DNA of 64,000 nucleotides from Takakia lepidozioides (taxonomy: Eukaryota > Plantae > Bryophyta), in assembly GCA_030704615.1 (NCBI GenBank), contig CM060734.1, positions 59,086,001 through 59,150,000 on the forward strand, given 5' to 3'. A program made the position numbers and the translations under genes. Below, piece by piece: positions 12,480-24,310 of the stretch. The notes beneath the pieces are model-generated. The model was not told the DNA's origin and did no database searches. It was given only the letters and a program-made list of their open reading frames with translations. Within the stretch, counting starts at the first letter, position 1, and every line of letters begins with the position of its first letter.

Positions 12480-13465
12480 CCAACATATTTATACGTTTTA
12501 ATCCAAGGAGTGACCCCACCTTTGCCCTGGTTGGTGACAGTGATGCACTTAAGCAAGAGACAGACATACATATCTGAATCTGCTAAAATGCCTCATTGGT
12601 TTAGAATCTGTAGAGCCTCTGTCATGCTGTCTGCCGCACAAAGTATCTTCACTTGCCCAGAAAATGTCAGAAGAGGCATTGTGGACTCCCTCTCTTGATC
12701 CTCTTTCAGAAGCTGTGGTCATGGTTGAGGTGCCTGATTTTATCATCTGTGCCACTGCAATAGCTGCCTTTAGTTTACCATCTACCCATATAGGTTTCTT
12801 GTAGCTACTGACCCACATGGAATCAAGGTAATCTGGAGCTTGAAGTCCAACCCTCGTGGATGAATCTGGACCCACACTCTATCCCTGCTCCTTCAGGCAA
12901 AAACAGGGAAAAACTATGATAACAGGGAAAAACAGGCTGAAATGTGTTGAAGAATGTATTAGCATCGTCTTGTTCTATCAATTGCACTATTGCCGCTGAT
13001 GTTTCCAGTTGACCATCTCCTCGCGCGATTGCTTGTAGCTATTGATCCACAGGGAAGCAGAAAGAAACTTGTGTTTGAAATCCGGCCCTCTTGGATGAAT
13101 CTGGACCTCTATCCCTGGTCCTCAGCTATCCCTGCTTGTGGACAAATCATGAATACATCCTCAGCCTTGATACTAGCAGCTGACACTGATGGCATGAAGT
13201 TCTTCCAGCAAACACCCTAAACCCTAATGATGAGAGGGCAAAACAGACTGAAATAGGTTGAAGAAGAAGGTACAGGGAGCACAAAATCACTCCAAAACCA
13301 CCAAAGATCCACCAACGAGCTAACTTGCAGAATTCAACATGAAAAAATAGGGATGACTCTACTAATAGGGAAAACAGGCTGAAATGCGTTGAAGAAGGTA
13401 CCTTCATTAGCAATGCCCCCTTCTATCAATGCGCTGCTGCTGCTATTGTTTCCAGTTGACCATCT
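12480..13465 (-). pseudogene. 5' end of a PPR gene: repeated N-terminal leader plus first PPR motif
   Basis: QVKILCAADSMTEALQILNQ.GILADSDMYVCLL (first PPR-like motif), preceded by tandem copies of the SYKKPxWVDGQLE leader. 12678-13105 duplicates 5364-5790. Confidence 0.7.
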
Positions 13466-14099
13466 GCATATCGGTTTCCACATGCGGGATGAAAATTCTG
13501 AAAGTCGATCAGCTGCTTAGGATAGGTGGAGAGGCGCAGAGGAATAGAATGAAAGAAAAGCAATCAGTTTGGACATACCTGAATCAAAACCCAAACCCGA
13601 TGACCAAACTTAGGACCAGCAGGTGCTACCAGACGCCAATGAGAGACATAACGACCAGGTTTCTCAGGAGCCACAAGATCAACTGAAGCTTCTGTCTCAG
13701 CCTCCGGAGCCAGGCCTTGTTCTGGCAACTGCAGCACCACAAGACATGTGTAAAAGAAGTAATCCTTCACAACTCACAAATCACAAATGAAATGTTTCCG
13801 TAAATTGTATACATCAAAGATCTAGTCTACTGCAGTTGTGAGGGCTAAGATGCTTAGATGAACTCACCTCCAACGTTGTTGCATACACATAACCCAGTTC
13901 ATCACCACCAACATGCACCACTTGAGTATGCTTAGGCCATGGAAGGGTGCCACTATTCCGCAAACGCCAAATCTTGGTAAAATGCGATTGTACTTCACAA
14001 TGGCTGCAGGAAGCTCAAAGATCTTATGGGATAAGAGGAAAAAAGAAACAAGAAAGAGAGGGGGTCACAAAGCTCATGGCCTGCTAAGACCATGCTGAC

Positions 14100-14403
14100 A
14101 CGGAAGGGGTGCGGGGGAGGAGGGAAAAGAGAGCCCCCGGGAGACAGATCGCGGGGAGAAAAGAAAAAAAAGAAAAGCAAAACAACATTGCATCGCGATT
14201 TGATCCCGCGGTGCGTCACGACACATTCTACGCCCTTACCACTAGACTACTCCTAAAATTCAATAACCTTCTCCTGTAAGATTATATTTAAGGTGATATA
14301 AACCCCCCTCTATATGTATAATGTTGTACATGGAGGGGTTTAAAATACCCCCTCCTGTGCACGCACGTGGCTGGTACATATTGGCTGGAGTGCACCCCCC
14401 AGG
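14100..14403. mobile_element. Second right end (subterminal region and TIR) of the CCC-terminal element
   Basis: Homologous to 8480-8787: gatttgatcccgcggtgc...aaaataccccctcctgtgcacgcacgtggctggtaca...ggagtgcacccccc agg. Confidence 0.85.
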
Positions 14404-16879
14404 TTCGCCATAAAATGGCATGGTTGTTTGTGAAACCCCCGTGGACAGCTACAGAAGTATATATAGGGAGTAGTAACCCCGAGAACGGTGCAAGCCCGTT
14501 GGTGACCAAAAACTAGTGAGTAAGCGTGCGAGCCGGAAAGCGACCAAAAAGTGGGGAGCTGTTCTGGACTGCCAAGTACCAAAGGGAATTCCCGCTGGGT
14601 CCAAATCGATGGAGGGTTCTTTGGGAGATCAAAGGGGGACCGTTATGCCCCGGTGAGCAGCCGAAGCTCCAAGTTGGCCCGGCGGCCAGGTTGGGAGTTA
14701 GGCGCGCATCAAAGCGAGTAACTATGACTTGAGGGGGAGCTTACCGAAGTGAGGTGCGCGACAGTCGGGCTGTGACAAGCTGTGATAGGCTTTGTATAAC
14801 TGTCTAAAGCCCTTAAAACCTGCGCTTGTCACCCCTAAGGCTCCTGTTGGTCTCAGTCTGTGCAAAAATTAAGGGTACCCCACAGAACCCCTATAAATGT
14901 GTCTAAGTCCCAGACATCCCTCTAACAGCCTGTCACAGCCCGTCACAGCCCCCAAGGCCACCGGCACAGCCCCTCACAGCCCATCACAACCCCCAAGGCC
15001 ACAGGGACAGCCCGTCATAGCCCCATCCATGGCCGCTCTGGCAGTTTAGCCATTTCTCCAAAGGGTTTAGCCACGCCAAGCTAGGGGTTGAGTCTCTTGG
15101 ACTCTAGGCTTCTTTGCACCGAGCTATGGCGGCTGTGAGGAAATCAGCAAGGTATTCTTGCTCTTTCGGCTCCCACACACCACCAATAGTAGCCCTAAGC
15201 CATGAGGTGGTTGCCACAAACCAAGCCTTCTTTCTCACTTAGCCTCCCCAAACACGCCACTAAACTCAATGGCAAACAACCAAGCCTTGTTGGTTTCCAG
15301 CCCTTGTGAGCACTCATTCAAGCACTCTCCTTGGCCATAGCATCTGTCTTAGAGCCTATTCCAGCCCCCTACACCTGTCACTTCAAGAGCCATGCTCTAT
15401 CTAGGCTCGGGGTTGAAACCCCAACTCACATATGCCCTACAAGTGTTTTTCTTTCACCCAAGTGGGAACCAGCCCTAGCCCTTCCATTCTAGCTCTCTAA
15501 AGCTTGAAAACAAAAGCCTAATGGACTGAAGGCATGCTCCACACATGCCCCACTCTCACCACAAGAGAATCAGCTCCTTTGCTTTTCTTGCACCTACCAA
15601 CTTGAAAATACAAGCTTCAGCGGGCTGAAAGCATGCTCCACACATGCCCTACGGGGAAACCGGCCCCTTCTTTCCTTTCTTGCACTCCCACACCTGAAAG
15701 TACAAGCCTTCACCAGGCTGATAGCATGCTCCACACATGCATTGCCCTCACATAAGGGAAGTCAGCCCTTCCCTCTTCCTTGCTTGCCCTCCAAGCTTGA
15801 AGATGGAAGCTTCAATAAGCTGAATACATGCTCCACACATGCAACCTCTTCACACAAGAGATATCAGCCCCCTATATTGGCTCCTTGGCTCCTTGGCTCC
15901 TTGATGCTCTCTAAGACAAGACTAAGCACTCCACAGCCCTTGCCAAGCTCCTGAAACCCTAAGGCTTATATTTCCAACCACAAGACACTCCTCTTGTGGT
16001 GCAAGAGCTTTTCTTCCAAGCTCTGAAACCCTAGGTACACATTCCATGGCCTTGTCGCACCTCTTACCTCATGTTCCAGCCCTGCTCTTGCCATGACAAG
16101 AGCCCTCTCAATGCTGCAGCTCGAGATTGAAACCCAATCTCAACATCCTCCACAAATTGCACTGATTTGCCCCAAGCCAAATCAGCCCTTTCGCTTGGTC
16201 TTGCAATCTTTCACACAATGAAAGCTCGCATTCCCAAGTCTAGTTCTCAGCTTTGCCACCAAAGCCACTATAACCTGCTCTTGACTGGTCCTCTTCTCAA
16301 TCGTGCTTGCTCATGCATGAACACAATCTAAAACCATCAAGGTGCTCTAGAATTACCTGCAGCATGGTGCTTTCATCTCTGAAGCTGAAGATCGAATGCC
16401 AAGGTCTACCACCTCGTAACCCACATCGCCTCCGCTTCTAAGAACCAAGGGCTCCACGGTGCTCCTTGCATAACAACCTGGTTTCCCTCATCCTCAAGCA
16501 AAAACCACAAGTGCTACAAATAACTCTGGCACTCACAGATGCGAGCTGACCTTTCTCGAGTGATAAAGAAGAAGAAGAAGAGCACAAGCTCATGAGAGCT
16601 CACAAAGCTGAAGCATAAACTCATGCATATATAACCTCATCACTCAAATACAAGTCAAGCCAAGTGCACCCCACACCATGGGGAATCCACACTACGGCGC
16701 CATAGCTAGGCGCGGTGAGGCTCAACTCGAGAAAGATGAGCCTCCTGCGCTTGCCGTGAAGATAACCACTCCAGGGCCTAAATCTGCCTTGACCCTTGGA
16801 TTGACACTTGGGCCAATCCCAAATGTCAATATGTAAAAGCTAGCTATTTCCTAGCTAGTTTCACACTAGTGGTAAAAAA

Positions 16880-19800
16880 AACTTGACAATCTTCTGTATG
16901 ACATAAGGTCCTTTCCATGGTGATTTAAGCTTAGAAGCTTTAATCTTCCCCTTCTTTTGCAACCACAAAACCAAATCTCCCGTCTTAAAAGTCTTTAATT
17001 TCCCTTCATCAAATTGATCCTTCCTCTTCATCTGAATTCTAGTCATGTTGTCAGCTGCATCTGCACGTACTTCTTCCACATGGTATAATTCATGTTTCCT
17101 GACCTTAATTGAATCTTCCAATTCCTTCTCCTTCCCCATTCAGTTCTCATGGTAGGTAACAAAAACTCCACTGGAAGTAAAGCTTCCATACCATAAACTA
17201 ATTGGAATGGTATATACTTAGTGATGACTTTATATGAAGTCCTGTATGACCACAAACCTGTCAGCAGCTTTGTATCCCAATCTGTTCTGTTCGCATTGAC
17301 TATCTTAGCCAAGATAGTACATAGTATTTTGTTGGTAGCCTCTGCCTGTCCATTACCCTGTGGGTAATAGGTTGTACTCTTCCTATGCACAATCATGAAC
17401 TCCTTAGTCAAGAGTTCTATGGTCTCATTAATGAAGTGACTTCCCTGGTCACTGATAAATTCCAGAGGACAGCCAAATCGTGTAAGTATGTTCTCATACA
17501 TGAACCTGGCTGTGGACTTAGCTATGTTGTCCCTCAGAGCTTTAGCTTCCACCCACTTTGTAGTATAATCAGTGGCTATGATTATATACTTGTTCTGTGT
17601 ATTCTTGGCTGGTGGATTAATTGGTCCAACAAAGTCTAGTCCCCATTTCTGAAATGGTTCAGTAGGCATTGTAGGATGCAAAGCCATCTTCCCAGATCTC
17701 TGCAATGGTCCTAGCCTCTGACACTCATCACAAGTTTTACAATACTTGTGTACATCCTTGAACAAAGTAGGCCACCAGTAACCTGCAAGTAGTATTCTTC
17801 TACTGGTAGTCTCTTCTCCAAAATGACCTCCCGCCACTCCTTTATTAACTTCCTCCAAAACTTTATTTACTTCATGGTGGTACAAGCATCGTTTCAGTAC
17901 TCCATCAGGTCCTAGCTTATACATTCTGCCCCCTACCATAGTATAAGGTAGAGCCTTGATAACAATTCTCTTTCTCTACTCCTTCCCATAACTCGGTAGG
18001 CACTGACCATGAGTAAGGTAGTATCTGATTGGCCACTGCCAATCTAACTAGTCAACTGCACTTCCCTGCACCTCTATTGCAAATAAACTCGCATCTGGTA
18101 ATTGGTTGTCTACTCCTGTGGTTGGCTCTCCTGTTGATAGGCGTGACAAATGATCTGCCACAAGATGCAATCGACCAGGCTTGTACACAACCTCAAACTC
18201 AAACTCGTGCAAGATTATCAACCATCTTGCTATCCTTCCACTTATCAGAGGTTTGTTCACCAGATATATCAGAGCCTGGTGATCCACATAAAACATAAAC
18301 TTCCTTCCCAATAGGTAATGCCTGAATTTCTTTACTGCATAAATCATTGCCAGTGCTTCTCTTTCCGTTGTGCTATAGTTCTTTTCAGCACTGTTCATCA
18401 ACATGCTAGTATAGTACACAGGTGAATCTATCTTTCCTGTAACATTTTGGGCTAACACTGCTCCCAACGCTTCTCCTGAGGCATCACAGTGAACATGAAA
18501 TACTTCATGCCAGTGAGGGTTAATCAACACAGGTGTAGTTGTTAATGATAATATAAGTTCCTCTAAAGCCTTTTGACATTTAGCTGTCCATGCAAACACT
18601 GCATCTTTCTTCAGAAGCTTCTTCAATGGTGCTGCTATCTGTGCATACCGCCTGACAAATCTTCTGTAATAATTGGTTTGTCCCAGGAATCTCCTTAGAC
18701 TCTTAACATTTACTGGGGGTGGAGAGGCTTTAATGGCCTCTGTCTTTTTGGGATCCACAAGAAGTCCCTTCTTACACACAATGTGTCCCAAAAGCACCCC
18801 TGAGTTCACACAGAAAGTACACTTCTCTGGATTCAGGCCCAGACCTCTCATCCTGCATCTGGCCAAACATAACTCCAATTTATGCAAGTGCTCACTCTTA
18901 GAGCTGTACACACTGAAATCATCCAAGAACACCTGCATGAAATCATCCAGATACTCCTGAAAAGATTCACTTATCACTCTCTGAAAATTGCTGGTGCAGG
19001 CATGACTTTGTATGCATAAGCACCCAGTCTGTGATGAAAGCTGTCTTTCCCTGGTCTTCTTCTGCCACTTGCACTTGATTATAACCACTGAAGCCATCCA
19101 TGAATGAGTACATCTCATGGCCTGCCACAGTGTCCAATACCGCTTCTGTGAATGGCAAAGGGAAATGATCTTTCTTCATACAAGCATTCAACTTCTTGTA
19201 GTTCACACAAACTCTCAGTTTACCATTCTTCTTGGGAATTATCACAATGGGTGACAACCAAGTTGTATACTCTATCGGGTATATAAACTTAGCCTCAGCC
19301 AACTTCTTGATCTCTTCTCCAACCTTCTGTGCATAGTTGGGATTCATTCTGTATCTTGCCTTTTTGATTGGTACTGACCCTGGTTCCAGTTCAATCTTAT
19401 GCTGACAGATCTCAGGTGGTATCCCTTTCAGATCCTTGTAGCTCCAAGCAAATACATCCCTGTATTTGATGAACAGACTCTTTGCTTCCTCAAAGAATTC
19501 TGGCTCCAAATCAGCCCCTACCTTCACCATCCTTGGTTCCTCTTCAGTTCCCACATTCACTTCTCTCACCTGCTCATCAACTGTGATTGTCTAACCAGTC
19601 ACCACTTCATCCTGTATACTTACAGTGGCTGGTTCTTCTAGGATTTCCGTTTCTCCCTCTCTTTCTTCATAGAAATGTGGTGGGTAACTACTTGTTTCCC
19701 CCTCAATTGGTGTTGCTGTCACTACTCCACAGCAAATACTTTTTAAACAACTGAGGCCTTCCAATTGCATCTCTGTAATCTGCTCCCACTCTGGGTGTGC

Positions 19801-20430
19801 TTCGAACAAGGTAGCTTCCTGCTCCTCATCCAGTCCTTCTTTCCAGTCATATTCCCTGACCCCTCGTGGTCTTCTCGTAGCAGATAATCTTTTAGATTTC
19901 TTGGTGGTGATTTGTATCTTGTGCAACCCATCATGCATAGTTAGTAACTGTGAATTCCAGTCATGGGATACCCTGGCCTGTTTCAGCCACGGTCGACCCA
20001 ACAATAAGGAATAAGCTTCCATGACTTCGTCCATTTTCAACACAGTTACTGTGATCTTAAAGATCATCTTTTGAATCTGTATCTTAACTCCTCTTATCAA
20101 TCCCAATGGCTGAACACTCCTTTGATCTGCCATTGTTACTGTAAATGGGGCTGGTTTCATGTTATTTAGACCAAGCTTCTGCCTCAATTGGTCTGTCATG
20201 ATATTCACTCCAGAGCCTCCATCTATCAGTACATCAGTTAGTTCTGTGCTTCCAATTCTCAATTGGATTACTGGCATAGAATCATCAAAGTCCATGACTG
20301 TTTCTCGCCCTTCCGGCTTCACATTATAACTGGTCACCTTGCTGTTTAGGTCTGTGTTCCCTGCCACATGGGCAATTCGATTGATTGCTTGATACAGCCT
20401 GTGTCTACAATAAGGTGCCACAGCCAATAG
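16880..20430 (-). pseudogene. Gypsy pol (protease, RT, RNase H, integrase) with stops and frameshifts
   Basis: VLIDGGSGVN (PR); RVCVNYKKLN, DHFPLP and FLDDF (RT); HCDAS...TEREALA...ADHLSR (RH); GHFG..CxxC, WGLDFVGP, SDQGSHF, GQAEATN and KGPY (INT). Confidence 0.95.
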
Positions 20431-20493
20431 CTATCCAATGGTAATCTCCACTTTGGACTGGCATATCACTTCAGCCAAAGTCCCTTCCTTACT

Positions 20494-22752
20494 CTACACT
20501 TCTGCAGCTTCTTTCTTCCCTTCTTCCTCACTCACTTCCTCTTCTCTTTCAGAGTATGAGGAATCTTCCATAGGAATATCAGTACTCTTCTGCATTTCCC
20601 TTATGGTATCTGCCACTTCCTTGTGCAGTTCCTTTTCATTTCTCCAAGCTTCATCATCTTCCGGCACATCACCGCCCTCTTCATTATCATCAATTTTCTC
20701 TTCTACTGGAGGTATTAATTTGGCTTTACTTCTGGTTACTATCATTGTACTTACTTCTGGTACTACACATGGCCTAACCATGTGAGCTGCCACCACTGGC
20801 CCCTCATTCACAGGAGCTTTCATCTCATTCTGGTGTCTGATCCAGAATGGACAGGCTGTCTTGCGATGTCCTGCTTGAGTACAATAGTAACACAGTTCTT
20901 CCCCATTAGGTCCTCGCCCTTGGTCTGTTCTGGGATTGTTTCTGTAATCCTGATTCGCTGGCTGGTAATTCCCCCTTGGATTACCCTGATAGTTGCTTCT
21001 GGAATTTCCCTGGTAATTCCCTCTTGGATTACCTCTCCTTTCCATGCCGTTGTTATAACCATCAGGCCTACCATAGTGGTCCTGATCACTGTTTCTTCTT
21101 GGCTGGGGCTACACTTGATGCACCCTTACTTGCCTATGTTCTCTTGTTGCTGTCCTTTTGTTGTAGTAACAATTCTCAGTAGAATGGTTATCCATTTTAC
21201 AGATAGTACAGTGTTTCTCCTTCATGTGGCATTCAGTGGTGGTATGGCCTTCATTCTGGCATTTAGCACACCAAACACCCTTCCTCCAATGTGTTGCAGC
21301 CTCTGTGGCATACATTTTCAAGATTTCTTCTAATCTTTTCTCATAATTATCCCTCTTCATCTTTTCCTTCCTTTTACTCTTCCTCCTATGCTCCAGCTCT
21401 TCTTCCACATCTGACTCATCCTCAGAGTCCTCATCATCTCTTTTCTCTCTCCTGAGCATTCCCAATTGCTCAATTCTGTTTGTTGTTTCAAATGCCTCCT
21501 CCACTGTATTGTGGGGTAACATATCCACTTTCTTTTGCAACTCTGGTCTTAGTCCATTCACAAATCAAGCCTTCTGTAACCCTGGTGCTGGTACAGCAGC
21601 CAGCTTTTTCATCATCAATTCCATCTTTTCCATATACTCTTCAACAGTTTCATGCTTCTTTTGCTTTAACTGTTGTAAACTTCCATACACTTCATCCTCA
21701 GTTTTACTGGTCCTGAACCTATTTCGGAACGTTGTATTCAAGCCATTCCAGGTTAGGAAATGCTTATCAGGGAATCTTGCATACCATTCACTGGCTTTCT
21801 TTATAAGTGAACAAGGAAACAGTCTCATCTTGGCATCATCGCCATTCTCATTGTTCACTATACACATGTGCTCAAATTGGCTAATGTGTACATCAAGATC
21901 CATTTTTCCTGAATATATTGGTTGTAACGCCATCTGTGGCCCTACCCCCTGCCCACTGACAGGTGTTGGCCCTTTGGCTGATGCCGGTCCTTGAGTTATT
22001 GTGGTAGTTGTGGTGGTTCCTCTACCAAGTGCTGGCCCGTGAGCACTCCCTGCTCCTGGCCTCACTATATTCACAGTATTCCCAGCTCCAGTTGCGCTAC
22101 TTCCCACACTCCCTGTCCCCCCAGAGCAAGATCTAGGTCTTCCGCCTGATCCCTCTGAGCCGACACCTTTGTTGGCCTGTGATCCAAGTGCTCCACTTGA
22201 TCCAGGTCCAACGGGTTGGGATGTCCTGGTTGTAGTCTCAACCTCAGCTGTTGGGTCTACTTCTTCATATTCGTCATCTTCCAATTTCTTCTCCATGTTT
22301 TCATCTTCCAAGTTCTGCCCTTGGGTTTTTTCTTCTTCACTCATGTAACTAACTTGTAATGGTGTTGGAGAGTTTGAACTCTCCGTTGGCTCTGCCACAT
22401 CATCTTCTGTTTCAGAAACTGGAGTTCCTGCTTTTGGTGTTCCATGCCAACTCTTATCAAAGATTTCTGTCAAATCTTTTATCCAGGGATGTACCTCAGA
22501 TCTTTCACTTCGTGGTTGATCTTCTTCTTGTACCAATTCCCTTAATATTTCTTGCAAAGAAAAAGAAGGTGTGGTATCCAACTCTAGTTCTTCCGGTATG
22601 GGTGATGTACTCCCTGATCTTAATGGTGTGAGAGGTCCAGATGATTCCCCAATGTCTATTCTTCTCTCCCAAAGGTATGGATAATTAGCTTTCAGATAAC
22701 TTTCTTTTTTTGCTGAATATCTCTGGAGTCTAGCTTCTCTTTCATCACTCAT
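20494..22752 (-). pseudogene. Gypsy gag with three zinc knuckles
   Basis: Retrotransposon gag core LDVHISQFEH...LFPCSLIKKASEWY, and knuckles CAKCQNEGHTTTEC, CTICKMDNHSTENC and CYYCTQAGHRKTAC. It has an in-frame stop and a frameshift. Confidence 0.9.
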
Positions 22753-22772
22753 GTCCCATATCTTTCATTTCT

Positions 22773-23468
22773 TTAATGTGGCAATAACTAAAACTCTCTT
22801 CTTTAGTATCTCTCGTATATGCCTGGGTTTCTTTCAAGCTTCAATGCACCCTTGGCTATACTAGAAGTCTCCGTTACCATATAACCATATGGTAAACAAG
22901 TCTGAAAAGCTGTTCTTGGTGTGAGTTTGATCCACAGAATATCCTTTGGAATTCAATTCTTTACCAGTACAAGCTCCTCATGCATATGAGTGTAAACATT
23001 CACTTTTCTTTCCTCCCAGCTTTCAAACTCTACTCGCTTGATGGATAGCAATGCTATCACATAAACCAGTGTTGGTAACCAATGTGCTCTTCCTCTACAA
23101 GCCACCTAATAAATCTTTATCACTCATTTCTCCAGACCCCACTCAGGGTCAGCATCATGCACTCTCTTAAGAATGTATTCTTTACAACCGTCTGGCAATT
23201 CCAAGAGCCTCTGAAAGAATTGTTTAGACAATCTTTCCTTCTCAGTCCCACAGGGAATTTGATTCACATCAAATTCTTTAATTCTCCAACCACCATGATC
23301 CCACCAGATGCCTGTCACATCTGGTTGTTCATGACTTAGTTCCCCAGTATGGTCGCCAAATGTTGCGCGGCTTTTACTCATCCATCCCTTCACTATCCGA
23401 GGTCGAAACTCCAAGATAGAAGAGTTGGATATCTCTAAGCACTCAGCCCGCTCAGAACAATCAGTCAT
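22773..23468 (-). pseudogene. Extra ORF0 upstream of gag (disrupted copy)
   Basis: Homologous to the intact ORF 28637-29332. Its stop lies 20 nt upstream of the gag ATG. Confidence 0.7.
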
Positions 23469-24310
23469 GACCGCAGCTAGTGAATCATGGTTGTGCTTCC
23501 GGTTCGTATTTCTTATTGCCTTCATGCTAGCAAATTTACGTTACCGTGTATACTTAAGCATCAGTTTGCTCCTTTAACTATCAGATTCCATTCACTCCAC
23601 AGCTTCACTCAAGTCTCTCTACACAGTGTGATTGTATCGAACAATAATTAGATTAAGAATCGTCAGGTATCGTGTCTATGCCATTGTGTCTCTAATCTAC
23701 CCTCCTATATAATCCTATAGCTTGTACGAACTAAATCGCAATCGCGTCATCCTCTTCTCTTCTGTGGAATCATCATCCCTGTACTCCAAGATCGTGCCCT
23801 CTGTCCGACCTCCTCCTGTGATGTCTAAGAAGAAGTCATCCCCCAAAAAGTCCCCGTTCTCGGTTTTATCTACCTACAAGCTGTTCTAACCGCCTGGCTA
23901 ACTAACCGTCACCCCTGAAGTAACATTTTCCCTCTACAGATATCGTTTCCACACAGTCATTCCATTTCCATGATAACCGTTCCCTCTGTACTGTGACGGC
24001 TGTGCAAAACTGTGTTGGGCTGTGTGAAGCTGTATCGGGCTGTGCAAAGCTGTGTCGGGCTGTGTATAGTTGTGTTGGACTGTGACGGGCTGTGACAAGC
24101 TGTGACTGGCTGTGTATAGCTCTGTTAGACTGTGACTGACCGTCTAACCCCCTTAAAACATGCGCTTGCCACCCCTAAGGCTCATGTTGGTCTCAGTCTG
24201 TGCAAAAATTAAGGGTAGCCCACAGAACCCGTAAATGTGTCTAAGTCCTAGACAGCAGAGTGATGGTCGACATATTCAGTTAGTTAGTCTTGTTTCCAAT
24301 CTTATTGCAG

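Larger units (their letters stand above)
14764..24256 (-). mobile_element. Near-full-length Ty3/Gypsy LTR retrotransposon (family A, non-chromovirus type), degenerate
   Basis: Terminal repeat copies at 14764-14927 and about 24000-24256. Order on the - strand is ORF0, gag, PR, RT, RH, INT. No TSD was found. Confidence 0.88.
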
